From NCBI GenBank assembly GCA_041650755.1, contig JBAZKN010000002.1:5030-69029 (forward strand): a stretch of 64,000 bases of DNA, given 5' to 3'. This stretch comes from Patescibacteria group bacterium. Its GTDB lineage: Bacteria; Patescibacteriota; Patescibacteriia; UBA1558; GWA2-36-10. The notes beneath the pieces are model-generated. The model saw only the letters and a list, made by a program, of their open reading frames with translations. It did no database searches and had not been told where the DNA came from. Positions 1 to 8,877 of the stretch are shown one piece after another (position 1 is the first letter of the stretch; each line of letters opens with the position of its first letter). Position numbers and translations under genes: made by a program.

Positions 1-368
1 TTTTTATTTTGTTCATTTTGCAGATCTTGCCAAATACGCCTAGCTCCTTCTCGGGGGTCAACTTTTATATAAATTTTAATAGATTCTGGTATAAAATAAA
101 ATTGAGTGCGTCCCTCGGCAATGACAATATTGTTTACAGCCAAATCACGTGCTTGTTTGGCCGCTGCCTTATCTACGTCGACATCGGTTTCCGGATGATT
201 TAAGGCGTATTCATTTAATTCGGCTAGGCTCATGCCCATATCAAGCGCCAGTTGTCGACGAATGCCACCGACATAGATTCTTTTAGCCAATAGTTTTTCA
301 GCTAAAATTTTGGCAATAGTGCTTTTGCCACTTCCACCGGGCCCAGAGATTGTAATAATTGGGTGCAT
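1..368 (-). CDS. cmk: cytidylate kinase, archaeal-type (truncated by window edge)
   Basis: Not in ORF track; manual translation MHPIITISGPGGSGKSTIAKILAEKL...GGIRRQLA...DVDVD...IAEGR shows P-loop and Cmk motifs. Confidence 0.8.
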   Translation of the reverse strand, partial: MHPIITISGPGGSGKSTIAKILAEKLLAKRIYVGGIRRQLALDMGMSLAELNEYALNHPETDVDVDKAAAKQARDLAVNNIVIAEGRTQFYFIPESIKIYIKVDPREGARRIWQDLQNEQNK

Positions 369-373
369 AAAAA

Positions 374-1294
374 CTATTTTAACTCTTTTAAAAAATTTTC
401 CATCTCCAGAGGTAATCTCGAGCTGTATTTGTGCCAATGATTTTTGGTATCTTGAAATTTTAATAAGTTGGCATGTAAAAAAATTCTCAAATCAATATTT
501 TTTTTCTTTTTGCGCACATCTCTGGTTTGGTAAAGCTTGTCGCCCACCACCGAGTGTCCGATACTGTAAAGATGAGCCCTGATCTGGTGCATGCGCCCGG
601 TTTTGATCTGGATTTTGAGCAGAGTATAATTGGTATAACGCCTGACGACCTCATAAATAGTGTGGGCCGGCAAACCTGGGCTTTCGGTGTGGACTTTCAT
701 CAGACCAGTTTTGTGGTCACGCTCTAGGGGTGTAATAATTTCACCATTATCATTGAGCAAGCGGCCATGGACTAGAGCGATATATTCTTTAATAATGGTG
801 CGCTCTTGAAATTGTTTTTTTAAAGTTTGAAAAAAATCTTGGTTTAAAGCAACCACCATCAGACCAGACACCTCTCTATCAAGACGGTGGACTATGCCGG
901 GGCGCGTTGTGTCGTCACCCACATTTTTTACTTGGGGGAATTTTTTTAGTAGCCAGGCAGTCAGTGTATCTGGTTCTTGTTTTTCTGTGGGGTGAACCAG
1001 TAAACCACTGGGTTTATTCAGCACTACATAGTCTGTAGTTTTTTTGACAATTTTTGGTGTGGGCTTTTTAGTAAATTTTACTGGGGTGACTTGGGTAGCC
1101 GTTTTTTTGTCTGGCTCAAAAATAATCACATCGCCGCTTTTTAGCCAAAAATGCACCGGTGCCTCATGTTGGTTGACGGTCACTTGGTTATTGACGATCA
1201 TTTTTTGGATTTGGCTGCGGCTTAAGCTAGGATTTTGCTCATGCAAGAATTTATCTAAACGCGCCTTGTCTTTTCCCTGATATATAAATTGCAT
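374..1294 (-). CDS. rluD: RluA/RluD-family pseudouridine synthase
   Basis: N-terminal S4 domain (RLDKFL..SRSQIQ), NKPSGL, HRLDR, TGRMHQIRAH. Confidence 0.9.
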   Translation of the reverse strand: MQFIYQGKDKARLDKFLHEQNPSLSRSQIQKMIVNNQVTVNQHEAPVHFWLKSGDVIIFEPDKKTATQVTPVKFTKKPTPKIVKKTTDYVVLNKPSGLLVHPTEKQEPDTLTAWLLKKFPQVKNVGDDTTRPGIVHRLDREVSGLMVVALNQDFFQTLKKQFQERTIIKEYIALVHGRLLNDNGEIITPLERDHKTGLMKVHTESPGLPAHTIYEVVRRYTNYTLLKIQIKTGRMHQIRAHLYSIGHSVVGDKLYQTRDVRKKKKNIDLRIFLHANLLKFQDTKNHWHKYSSRLPLEMENFLKELK

Positions 1295-1382
1295 AGCTTT
1301 AATTTACCAGAAATTCATCTGAAAAGAAAGAGCGGCGCGCGCTGGGCGCGTGCCGCTGTCTAGTATCTCAAGGTCCATCTAG

Positions 1383-2126
1383 CTAGGAGCGCTGGAAGGC
1401 TTCAATGGGCGGATTACCGCCGAGCCCTGCACCCAAAGAGTAGATAGCCCGAGTAGCTCTATCAGCAATGGCCCGTTTGACTGTTCGTGGGTCTGTTTGG
1501 TCGGCATTGGCGATAAGGTCGCTATAGTCGACCGGCTGTCCGAAAGCAATCAGAATGTCTTTTCCGTTGTGGAAACGCTCCTCTCCCAAGGGGAAGACCT
1601 TTTCCATACCATCGATCCAGACCGGGACAATGGTAGCCCCAGTTTCATAGGCCACGTGGCCTATGCCGATACGCGGCGTGATTGGTTTGTTTGGACGCTC
1701 TCTGGTGCCGCCCGGAAATACAAAGAGTCGGCCATATCTGGCTAGCCGGCTCATGGCTCGCAAGGCACCAGGATCAATCCGGCTATGGGCGATGGGCTGG
1801 ATTTTCATGCACCAGCCCCAGATAGCCATCAATCTAGTCTTCATGTAGTTGGCCTTGTCTGCCGTGTGCCACGGTAGCAGCCACGGGCAGAAGAAGTCCC
1901 TTAGCCGCATAGCTGCTAGGGTCACCGGGAAGGAGTCTACTAACGTAAGGTGCCGACAGGCATAGATCACATTGCGGCCATGGGGTACGTGATGACGGCC
2001 AATGACCCGAGTGCGGTTGAATATGAAGAAGATGACGAAGGTCGCCGATCCAAATAGCGCTAGGATCGGCCAGCGCACCAGGTCAGCCAAGTACATCTTG
2101 GTGACCCTCCACCCAGAGATCTTCAT
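1383..2126 (-). CDS. lysophospholipid acyltransferase (PlsC family), GC-rich cassette
   Basis: H-x4-D (HLTLVD) and FPGGTR motifs; ATG 2126 preceded by AAAGGAG; hairpin terminator about 1331-1357. Confidence 0.8.
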   Translation of the reverse strand: MKISGWRVTKMYLADLVRWPILALFGSATFVIFFIFNRTRVIGRHHVPHGRNVIYACRHLTLVDSFPVTLAAMRLRDFFCPWLLPWHTADKANYMKTRLMAIWGWCMKIQPIAHSRIDPGALRAMSRLARYGRLFVFPGGTRERPNKPITPRIGIGHVAYETGATIVPVWIDGMEKVFPLGEERFHNGKDILIAFGQPVDYSDLIANADQTDPRTVKRAIADRATRAIYSLGAGLGGNPPIEAFQRS

Positions 2127-2320
2127 CGCGAGCTCCTTTCTATGCACCCGCCGGGTGCTTTTATTTGAACCATTTGGTGGCTCTTTATGAACCTGAGTTT
2201 TAGAAAGAGGTGATAAGAACGAGATAGATTACCTTATCATATTAACCAAAAAAAGCAATCTGGTAAAGGATTATAATTAATAAAAAAACAACCCGTCGGG
2301 TTGAAATTTTAGGATTCATT

Positions 2321-2848
2321 CTAAAGCGTCTGATTGATCTTTTTGCCTATATTTTTTGGGGTAATAGCAAAAACAAAAAGAATCATTGCGACTGCCAGAA
2401 AAACTAATTCTTTTTCTGTGCCACAGACCTTTGCCCAGCCGCCCAACGGGTCGTCCGTGTTATAGATTATCGTACATTTAAAAACTTCTATTTTCAAGAA
2501 AAATTGTTGCAAGATTAGTGTTAAGATAAGACCAGTAATGGTTTTTATGCCAGTATTCTTAAGACCATGCAGATATTCGCTGAGAGACCGTGATACTTTT
2601 TTACTGGTATTAGATATATTTTTGCCTCGCTGGCCAATCAGATCAGCGATTAAGGTGATAAGGCTAGTCACGATCAAAATAATTCCTAAAATTAAAATAT
2701 ATGTTGCGTTGGATGCTTGAGCGCTATCGCTCATACCAAAAAAATTGGCTACCCACTGGTAATCAATAACATTAATTGCGCCAACAGAACTTAATAAAAA
2801 GAAAAGTGAAAGTAAGATCAAAATTATTTTTCTGGTGATAACACTCAT
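2321..2848 (-). CDS. hypothetical multi-pass membrane protein
   Basis: 175 aa ORF with about four hydrophobic segments, downstream of the tRNA cluster. Confidence 0.6.
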   Translation of the reverse strand: MSVITRKIILILLSLFFLLSSVGAINVIDYQWVANFFGMSDSAQASNATYILILGIILIVTSLITLIADLIGQRGKNISNTSKKVSRSLSEYLHGLKNTGIKTITGLILTLILQQFFLKIEVFKCTIIYNTDDPLGGWAKVCGTEKELVFLAVAMILFVFAITPKNIGKKINQTL

Positions 2849-2872
2849 GGTAATGCGTGTCTATTTTTATTT

Positions 2873-2955
2873 TGGTGCCCCCAGGAGGACTCGAGCCTCC
2901 AACCGTTTGCTTAAGAGTCCGCCAGCTGGCGATCTATCAACTGAGCTATGAGCGC
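2873..2955 (-). pseudogene. tRNA-Lys(CTT) pseudogene with palindromic insert
   Basis: GCGCTCATAGCTCAGTTGATAGA-[TCGCCAGCTGGCGGA]-CTCTTAAGCAAACGGTTGGAGGCTCGAGTCCTCCTGGGGGCACCA; 5' anticodon stem replaced, G-G acceptor mismatch. Confidence 0.75.
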
Positions 2956-3059
2956 ATCAATAAATTGCTAATTGTTAATTGATAATAGTTAATTGTTTTT
3001 GGTACTCCCTGAAGAGCGGCAATTATTAAATTAGCAATTAACTATTTACAATTAAATAG

Positions 3060-3152
3060 TAGTGCGGCCGGTAGGAGTCGCCGCGCCCGCTGCCTAGTGG
3101 CAGCTTAGGCGGCCAGGGAACCCACAATCCCTTGGTCCGAAGCCAAGTGCTC
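3060..3152 (-). pseudogene. tRNA-Arg(TCG) pseudogene, 5'-truncated, 38-nt insert in T loop
   Basis: GAGCACTTGGCTTCGGACCAAGGGATTGTGGGTT-[3118-3081]-CGACTCCTACCGGCCGCACTA; anticodon arm identical to the adjacent intact gene. Confidence 0.7.
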
Positions 3153-3168
3153 CCCGCCTGCCATAACC

Positions 3169-3243
3169 TGGTGCCCTCGTCAGGAGTCGAACCCGAAATT
3201 CTTGGTCCGAAGCCAAGCGTGATATCCATTTCACTACGAGGGC
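3169..3243 (-). tRNA. tRNA-Arg(TCG)
   Basis: GCCCTCG acceptor, CTTGG-CTTCGGA-CCAAG anticodon arm, GGTTCGACTCC, CCA end. Confidence 0.95.
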
Positions 3244-3372
3244 CTAGGATAATGAATTTTGATGCCCCTCGACTTCGCTCAGGGCACTCGATTTATAATA
3301 CGCAATGGTCGTAGGTGCTAATAGCACTGAAGACCACGAGTGAGACTTTTGCGAAGCGAAAGGCGAATCGAG

Positions 3373-3448
3373 TGGTGCCCCCAGTAGGATTCGAACCTAC
3401 GACCGTTTGCTTAAGAGGCAACTGCTCTACCAACTGAGCTATAGGGGC
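3373..3448 (-). tRNA. tRNA-Lys(CTT)
   Basis: GCCCCTATAGCTCAGTTGGTAGAGCAGTTGC-CTCTTAA-GCAAACGGTCGTAGGTTCGAATCCTACTGGGGGCACCA. Confidence 0.95.
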
Positions 3449-3526
3449 AAATGCGATAGAAAAATATAGCTTATTATAAGCTATACGGCAAGTAGTTTAC
3501 TATAAAATTTATGAAAAATCAAGGCC

Positions 3527-4480
3527 TTAGGCCAAAGGGTCAATATAAGCCTTTTTTAAATCAGCTGTTGCCTCTTCCAAACCTATTAGTCGGCTATGTT
3601 GGATAATAGCAGCTAGCTGGGCAGCTACCGCCTCCAGTAATATTTGATTGTTGGCGCTATATTCCTGACCGTAGCGTTTATTTTTCAGCACAATAAAACC
3701 AATGGCTTTTTGTGTGAGGCAAATAGGGGCAATGATCATGGTCGACTTAGTTTGTCCTGGCCAAAGTAAATTTTTGCTAGGCCAATCATTTGGTCCCAAA
3801 ATAAGTGTGCGCGGATGGCGAACCAAGTCTTGAAAGATTGGGAAAGCAGCCGCAGGATAATAGGCGCGATCTTTGATGTCTTTAAAATTAAGACTTCGAT
3901 AGACATGGAGTTTGTCGGTGGTTTGGGAATAGGTCATAAAAATAGCTGCTTGGGACGGGATGACGTTTAGAATAATATCCAAGACAAAGCCGGCAATATT
4001 GTTGAGATTTGATTGTCGGCTGATAGCTTGGCTGATGGCGAACAAGGCGGTTAATTTATTATCAGCATGCTCCAAGCGTTGATATAATATGCCAGCTGTA
4101 TTTTTATAGATTTTCTCCGCTATTTTGGGAGCCTGTTTTATGATCTTGGGCCAGTGGCGTTGGGACAGCTCCAAGGTAGTCAAAGCCTTCAGGGCTTTGA
4201 GGCTGTGCCGGTGGTATAAAATATTGTTTAACAGGGAATTTTCTCCAATAAATTCACACTTGTTGAACAAGGCAATGATTTGTTTTTCTGAACCAACTTG
4301 GGCTTCTAGACCGGCTTGGCCGCTAGCGACAATTATCAGGCGATCGGCGGCTTTTTGATCTTGATAAAGATAGACATCAGCCGGATACTTTTTTTCTATC
4401 AGAAAATTGCCCAGCAGAGCTGTCTCTGACTTGGCTAAACCAGCCAACAAAGGAATTTTTTCTAAAGATATTTTAGCCAT
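3527..4480 (-). CDS. cyclic-nucleotide-binding domain + GAF domain protein
   Basis: N-terminal cNMP-like fold (IPLLAGL..., FIGENSLL) followed by GAF-like region (IIAPI...IGFIVL...LLEAVAAQLA). Confidence 0.75.
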   Translation of the reverse strand: MAKISLEKIPLLAGLAKSETALLGNFLIEKKYPADVYLYQDQKAADRLIIVASGQAGLEAQVGSEKQIIALFNKCEFIGENSLLNNILYHRHSLKALKALTTLELSQRHWPKIIKQAPKIAEKIYKNTAGILYQRLEHADNKLTALFAISQAISRQSNLNNIAGFVLDIILNVIPSQAAIFMTYSQTTDKLHVYRSLNFKDIKDRAYYPAAAFPIFQDLVRHPRTLILGPNDWPSKNLLWPGQTKSTMIIAPICLTQKAIGFIVLKNKRYGQEYSANNQILLEAVAAQLAAIIQHSRLIGLEEATADLKKAYIDPLA

Positions 4481-4494
4481 GCAGTTTTGGCTTT

Positions 4495-5529
4495 TTAGGA
4501 AGTGTGGTTGAGATAAGCTAGAGCGGTAGCTTCATCGATAATATTATTCTCCAAAAGTTCTTTGATGTTTTGCTCCAAGCTAAACATGCCTTCATCGGCG
4601 CTGGTTTGGATGACGCTTTTAATCTGGGGTATTTTATTTTCTCGGATGATGTTGGCAATTGCCGGAGTGTTGACCAATATTTCTCGCACAGCCACGCGGC
4701 CGCCGTTTATTTTTGGCACTAATTGTTGGGAGATAATGCCGCTTAAGGAGATGGACAGCTGCAGGCGGACCTGAGCCTGCTGATGAGGCGGAAAAACATC
4801 GATAATACGATCAATAGTCTGGGCGGCGCTATGAGTGTGCAGGGTAGCCAGCACCAAGTGGCCGGTTTCTGCCAGAGTGATGGTAGTGGCGATAGTTTCT
4901 AGATCACGCATTTCGCCGACCATGATGACATTTGGGTCTTGACGCAGGACATGTTTTAAGGCTCCATCAAAACTCAGCATGTCGGTGCCTAGTTGGCGCT
5001 GCTTGATAATGCTTTTTTTTGGTTGATGGATAAATTCTATTGGGTCTTCGAGAGTAACAATATGAGCAGTACGGCTTTGGTTTATTTTTTCTATCATGGC
5101 AGCTAGAGTAGTAGACTTACCGCAGCCGGTCGGACCAGTGACCAGGATCAATCCGCTGGTGCGGGCAATCAGCTGCAGGACAATTTCTGGCAGGCCAATA
5201 TCTTCTATCGAGGGTATTTCACCAGAAATGACCCTGGCGACTAAACCGGGGTTATCTTTTTCCCAGTGGAGATTGACGCGGTAGCGGGAGTATTCGGCTA
5301 TTTCATAAGAAATATCCAGCTCTCTTTCTTCGGTGTATTTTTTTTGCTGTCGTTCAGTCAAAATACCAAAGATCATTTTTTCCGCTATTTCTCTAGTGAC
5401 CACTTCGGTGTCAGGCATGAGTTTCAGTTCGCCATCAATACGCAAGATGGGTGGCTTGCCAACAATGATGTGCAGATCAGAAGCTTTGTTTTTGGTGGCG
5501 ATTTTGAAAAGGTTGTTGATGTTAAGCAT
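4495..5529 (-). CDS. pilT: type IV pilus retraction ATPase PilT
   Basis: ASDLH, GPTGCGKSTT, EDPIE, LRQDPNVIMVGEMRD, AETGHLVLATLHT, NIIRE. Confidence 0.95.
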   Translation of the reverse strand: MLNINNLFKIATKNKASDLHIIVGKPPILRIDGELKLMPDTEVVTREIAEKMIFGILTERQQKKYTEERELDISYEIAEYSRYRVNLHWEKDNPGLVARVISGEIPSIEDIGLPEIVLQLIARTSGLILVTGPTGCGKSTTLAAMIEKINQSRTAHIVTLEDPIEFIHQPKKSIIKQRQLGTDMLSFDGALKHVLRQDPNVIMVGEMRDLETIATTITLAETGHLVLATLHTHSAAQTIDRIIDVFPPHQQAQVRLQLSISLSGIISQQLVPKINGGRVAVREILVNTPAIANIIRENKIPQIKSVIQTSADEGMFSLEQNIKELLENNIIDEATALAYLNHTS

Positions 5530-5624
5530 TTTTTTGCTTGCTTTTTATTTATATAATTTGAATGTATTTATTATATCATATTTGTCAATGGTAAGGTATA
5601 TCTCAAATGTCAACAACAAAAAAA

Positions 5625-5658
5625 TCCGCCCAGCCCTTGGTGAAGGGCTGGGCGGGAC
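5625..5658 (-). terminator. intrinsic terminator after the cobalamin-salvage genes
   Basis: TCCGCCCAGCCCTT/AAGGGCTGGGCGGGA stem followed by a U-tract on the minus strand. Confidence 0.75.
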
Positions 5659-5669
5659 AGGTTTTAAAA

Positions 5670-6191
5670 TTATTTATTAGTAGCCAGCTGTCTGTTTTTG
5701 ATGGTAGTCATGATTTTTACTGGGGCAAACAGTAGTCCGGTGTATAAGATATTACTAAGCAAGGTATTAAAGAAAAATGGTATAGCCAAAGTAAAACAAA
5801 GCATTAAGCCAGTCAGACTATGAGCATACCAGTGGCTAAATTGCCAGACAGCTAGATTGGTGATCAGAAAGAAAGTTAGAGCTGAAAGCAGCGTGGCAGA
5901 GCCGACATTTATCCAGTGGCCATGCTTTTTTAAGTAAAGTCCAAATAATAAGTTGAGAGCCAGACTGCCATAGATCGTTAGCATCAGCTGCCAAGCATAG
6001 AGGCCGAGCGCCAGATCGGATAATATGAGCGCCAAAAATGGCAGGATCCAATATTTCCGCTGGCTGGCATAAGCGCCGGCAAATAGCAGCAGGCTAGCCA
6101 GTGGAGAAAAATTTGGCAGATGCCAGATCAGCCTGGCCAGCAGCGCCAAAACACTTAAGATTATGAAGAGGTAGAGATTATCTTTTTTCAT
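5670..6191 (-). CDS. DUF6580-like membrane protein (putative ECF S-component-like transporter)
   Basis: RL..HLPNFSPL, LSDL, FFLITN..VW...Y.HSL.GL..CF..AIPFF.N pattern; about six TM segments. Confidence 0.7.
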   Translation of the reverse strand: MKKDNLYLFIILSVLALLARLIWHLPNFSPLASLLLFAGAYASQRKYWILPFLALILSDLALGLYAWQLMLTIYGSLALNLLFGLYLKKHGHWINVGSATLLSALTFFLITNLAVWQFSHWYAHSLTGLMLCFTLAIPFFFNTLLSNILYTGLLFAPVKIMTTIKNRQLATNK

Positions 6192-6214
6192 CAAATTAAA
6201 ATTATTTATTAAAT

Positions 6215-6658
6215 TTAGAAATTAGCAGTTTCAAAACGCCATTCAATCTGGTCGCCCACTTTTGGCATGTATTGGCTGGCGCCCACTTGGCCCAAAATGT
6301 CGTTGATATAATATTGCCAGTATTTATTATCCCGGCCGTTGATTTTGTCATTAATCTGAGTAATTAGTCTGCCCATAGTGCTATAATCTGCATAGTTAAA
6401 AGTCCAAGCCTGTTTAGCCGCGACACTTTCCGTGATAGTAAAAAGGTTAGTGCTCAATTGGTCGGAGTAAGGATAAGCTAAGCTGATTTTTTTATCATCA
6501 CCGAAATTAAATATTATGGATATTTGCCCTTGCTCTTGGCCGGTAAGCTGCCCTATGGTTTCATTTTGATTTTTAATTGTTCGTGGCACTTGCCAGAAGA
6601 TCAGGGCTACTATTAATAACAGTGCCAGAAAAATAATAAGCTTAAGATTTTTTCGCAT
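6215..6658 (-). CDS. DUF4430 (transcobalamin C-terminal-like) membrane-anchored protein
   Basis: N-terminal anchor; G.LITQIN...YWQYYIN....VGASQY....GDQIEWRF. Confidence 0.75.
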   Translation of the reverse strand: MRKNLKLIIFLALLLIVALIFWQVPRTIKNQNETIGQLTGQEQGQISIIFNFGDDKKISLAYPYSDQLSTNLFTITESVAAKQAWTFNYADYSTMGRLITQINDKINGRDNKYWQYYINDILGQVGASQYMPKVGDQIEWRFETANF

Positions 6659-6693
6659 ATATTTTATTTTGACAATTAGATGAATTAAAAATA

Positions 6694-7239
6694 TTAGTAG
6701 TCAATACCCGGTCTGGCAATCAAGCCCTGGCTGATGTAGTGTTTTTTGGCATTCATTTCGGTCACCAAATCCGCCAGATCCACGATTTCTTGGGGGCAAT
6801 AGCGCCCTGTCAAAATCAGCTCCAAGTTTTTTGGTTTTTGCTTGATCAAGATAAGGATATCGTCGCAATTTAGCAGGCCAGTTTTTACCGTGGTATTTAT
6901 TTCATCCAGTATCAGTAAATCAAAATTTTTTTTGAACCATAGTTTTGCCTGTTTGATGGCCGCAGCTGCTCCTTTGATGTCGCCAACCTGATTTTTGAAA
7001 CGGAAGCCCTTATTTTTTGACAGGCGCGGTAGACCGAAAGCGCAATAATCTATGTTTAGGTGCTTTATCTTGTCCAGGATTTTTCTTTCACTATAATAAT
7101 CGCCGCCTTTATCAAAATATATGATGCCCACCTTTAGTCCTTGTCCTAAGGCGCGGATAGCCAATCCTAAAGCAGCTGTGGTTTTACCTTTGCCGTGGCC
7201 AGTATAGACATGGATTTTTCCTAATTTATTATTTGACAT
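6694..7239 (-). CDS. cobO: cob(I)yrinic acid a,c-diamide adenosyltransferase (CobA/BtuR/CobO)
   Basis: IHVYTGHGKGKTTAALGLAIRA, LILDEI, ELILTGR, ADLVTEM, KH...G..ARPGIDY. Confidence 0.92.
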   Translation of the reverse strand: MSNNKLGKIHVYTGHGKGKTTAALGLAIRALGQGLKVGIIYFDKGGDYYSERKILDKIKHLNIDYCAFGLPRLSKNKGFRFKNQVGDIKGAAAAIKQAKLWFKKNFDLLILDEINTTVKTGLLNCDDILILIKQKPKNLELILTGRYCPQEIVDLADLVTEMNAKKHYISQGLIARPGIDY

Positions 7240-7304
7240 AAAGTCAGCATTTGTGTTTAAATTTTGAGGTCCCCCGGCTGTTCTTTTCATCAGGGAGGGC
7301 AGCC

Positions 7305-7475
7305 ATGCATTGGTGGCAGACTCGGCCTTTTTGGGTCACATTCTGTGTGGCCATCGGCGCGGTCATGATCTGGCGTATCCAGCATCACGTCTTTGACGTC
7401 ATCGGCGGTTTGTTTATCGCCCTTGGCATAACCATTGCCCTAATCAAGGACAAGGAAGGGAGAAGATGGAGATGA
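7305..7475 (+). CDS. small membrane protein, GC-rich cassette gene 1
   Basis: GGGAGG SD before ATG 7305; two hydrophobic segments; RI.HH..DVIGG resembles the PAP2 C3 motif. Confidence 0.55.
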   Translation: MHWWQTRPFWVTFCVAIGAVMIWRIQHHVFDVIGGLFIALGITIALIKDKEGRRWR

Positions 7476-7834
7476 ACGAAGGCGGCGCGTATCGCTACTT
7501 TTGGCCACTAATGGTCACACTGACGGGCGCGATCATTGTCCTATTCTCGGTTGGCGAGTCGAACCTCGTCTGTTTCATCGGCGCGCTGGTGGCTATCTCG
7601 GGCCTGATCTTCTTTCTGGCCAGGTCTCGCCTGTCCGCCACCCGGACCGTGATTCCAATCAACTGGTTTGCACTAGCGACAATGCTGGCGCTCTATCTCT
7701 GGACCCACGGTGGCCTGGAGGTTTCAACCGGCGATTGGCTGGTCAGCCTCTTGTTGGCTTTGGTGGGTACAGCTGTGCTCTGCTTTTTGCTATTGCTGAC
7801 CGGTTTTTGGATCGCGATCAGCCGTCGTCTATGA
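7466..7834 (+). CDS. small four-TM membrane protein, cassette gene 2
   Basis: Overlaps previous stop; AAGGGAG upstream; hydrophobic. Confidence 0.6.
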   Translation: MEMNEGGAYRYFWPLMVTLTGAIIVLFSVGESNLVCFIGALVAISGLIFFLARSRLSATRTVIPINWFALATMLALYLWTHGGLEVSTGDWLVSLLLALVGTAVLCFLLLLTGFWIAISRRL

Positions 7835-7857
7835 TCCGAGTAGACGGAGGTGTGGAT

Positions 7858-7992
7858 ATGCTACAGGAGTTTTTGAAGCAATTGACCCAGTTGCGGTCAG
7901 TCTACATCGTGATGGCCGCGACAATCCTGCTCTTGTTCGCAATCTGGGCAGGGTGTGATTATCTGCCTCGCATTAGGGCGCGGCGACGCTAG
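7858..7992 (+). CDS. 44-aa single-TM peptide, cassette gene 3
   Basis: GGAGGTG SD; MLQEFLKQLTQLRSVYIVMAATILLLFAIWAGCDYLPRIRARRR; terminator about 8039-8066. Confidence 0.5.
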   Translation: MLQEFLKQLTQLRSVYIVMAATILLLFAIWAGCDYLPRIRARRR

Positions 7993-8108
7993 CCCCGCCC
8001 ATCCATCCCGAAGGGCAGACATGGTTCCGTGTACCTGACCCGTCGAGCCGAGCTCGACGGTTTTTTATTTTTAATCAAGACACCTTTTTAAATTTAGTCA
8101 TGATTAAT

Positions 8109-8717
8109 TTATATTAAAAATTTTCTGGTTAGATTATCAATATTTTTATTTTTTAAATATCTATCAATATTTTTTATAGCTTTAGCATGAAAATTATCTC
8201 TATAATATTTTGGCGTCAGCTGAATTTTTGGTTTTAAATAAGAGAGTATTGACTTGGTCCAAGCTCGTATGGGGAATGGTCTACCGTCGTGTAATAGATG
8301 ATATTCTCTTTCTATTTTTTTGCTGGCTGCTAAAAAGTTTTTATAACTTTCAGTAAACGATGATAAGTCGGCAGCTCGTAATATTTTTTGCTCAGTGGTT
8401 TTTAGGGGGTAGCCAGCTTTGGTCGCCATAATTGTTTGTTGGACTTGCTTAACAGCCCCAGTTGGGTATTTTAAAGTTTTTAATTCTCGAGCGGTAATTT
8501 TGCCAGCTAGTTCTTCTTTGTTATTTTTAACTTTATCATAGCCAGCATCATGAAATAGGGCGGCTATTTCTACTATCTCCCGATTGACTGGCACCTTGTA
8601 TTTTTTGCAGCGGTGGATAAATTTTAAAGCTACTCGCCTGACCTTGAGAGCATGAGCAAAATTGTGATAGGGAAGTTTGCCATAATGTTTTCTGGCAATA
8701 GTTTCAATTTTAGTCAT
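8109..8717 (-). CDS. HD-domain phosphohydrolase
   Basis: PYHNFAH, AALFHDAG, I.AT, RAADLS. Confidence 0.85.
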   Translation of the reverse strand: MTKIETIARKHYGKLPYHNFAHALKVRRVALKFIHRCKKYKVPVNREIVEIAALFHDAGYDKVKNNKEELAGKITARELKTLKYPTGAVKQVQQTIMATKAGYPLKTTEQKILRAADLSSFTESYKNFLAASKKIEREYHLLHDGRPFPIRAWTKSILSYLKPKIQLTPKYYRDNFHAKAIKNIDRYLKNKNIDNLTRKFLI

Positions 8718-8877
8718 TAGTTTTTATTTTATTTAAACTTGTCAAATAAATGCAGGTTTTGGCATTATTGACATTTTTGTGCCATCAGTATAAAGTAATA
8801 CGTCGTATAGTCAGGAAACTTTGCCAGTGGCTACAAGTGTTCGTTCTGGCCATGTACACACGAGACAAGGAGGCACC

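Noticed and set aside
7240-7304. Cobalamin riboswitch upstream of cobO
   Set aside because: Only 65 bp are available and no B12-box is visible
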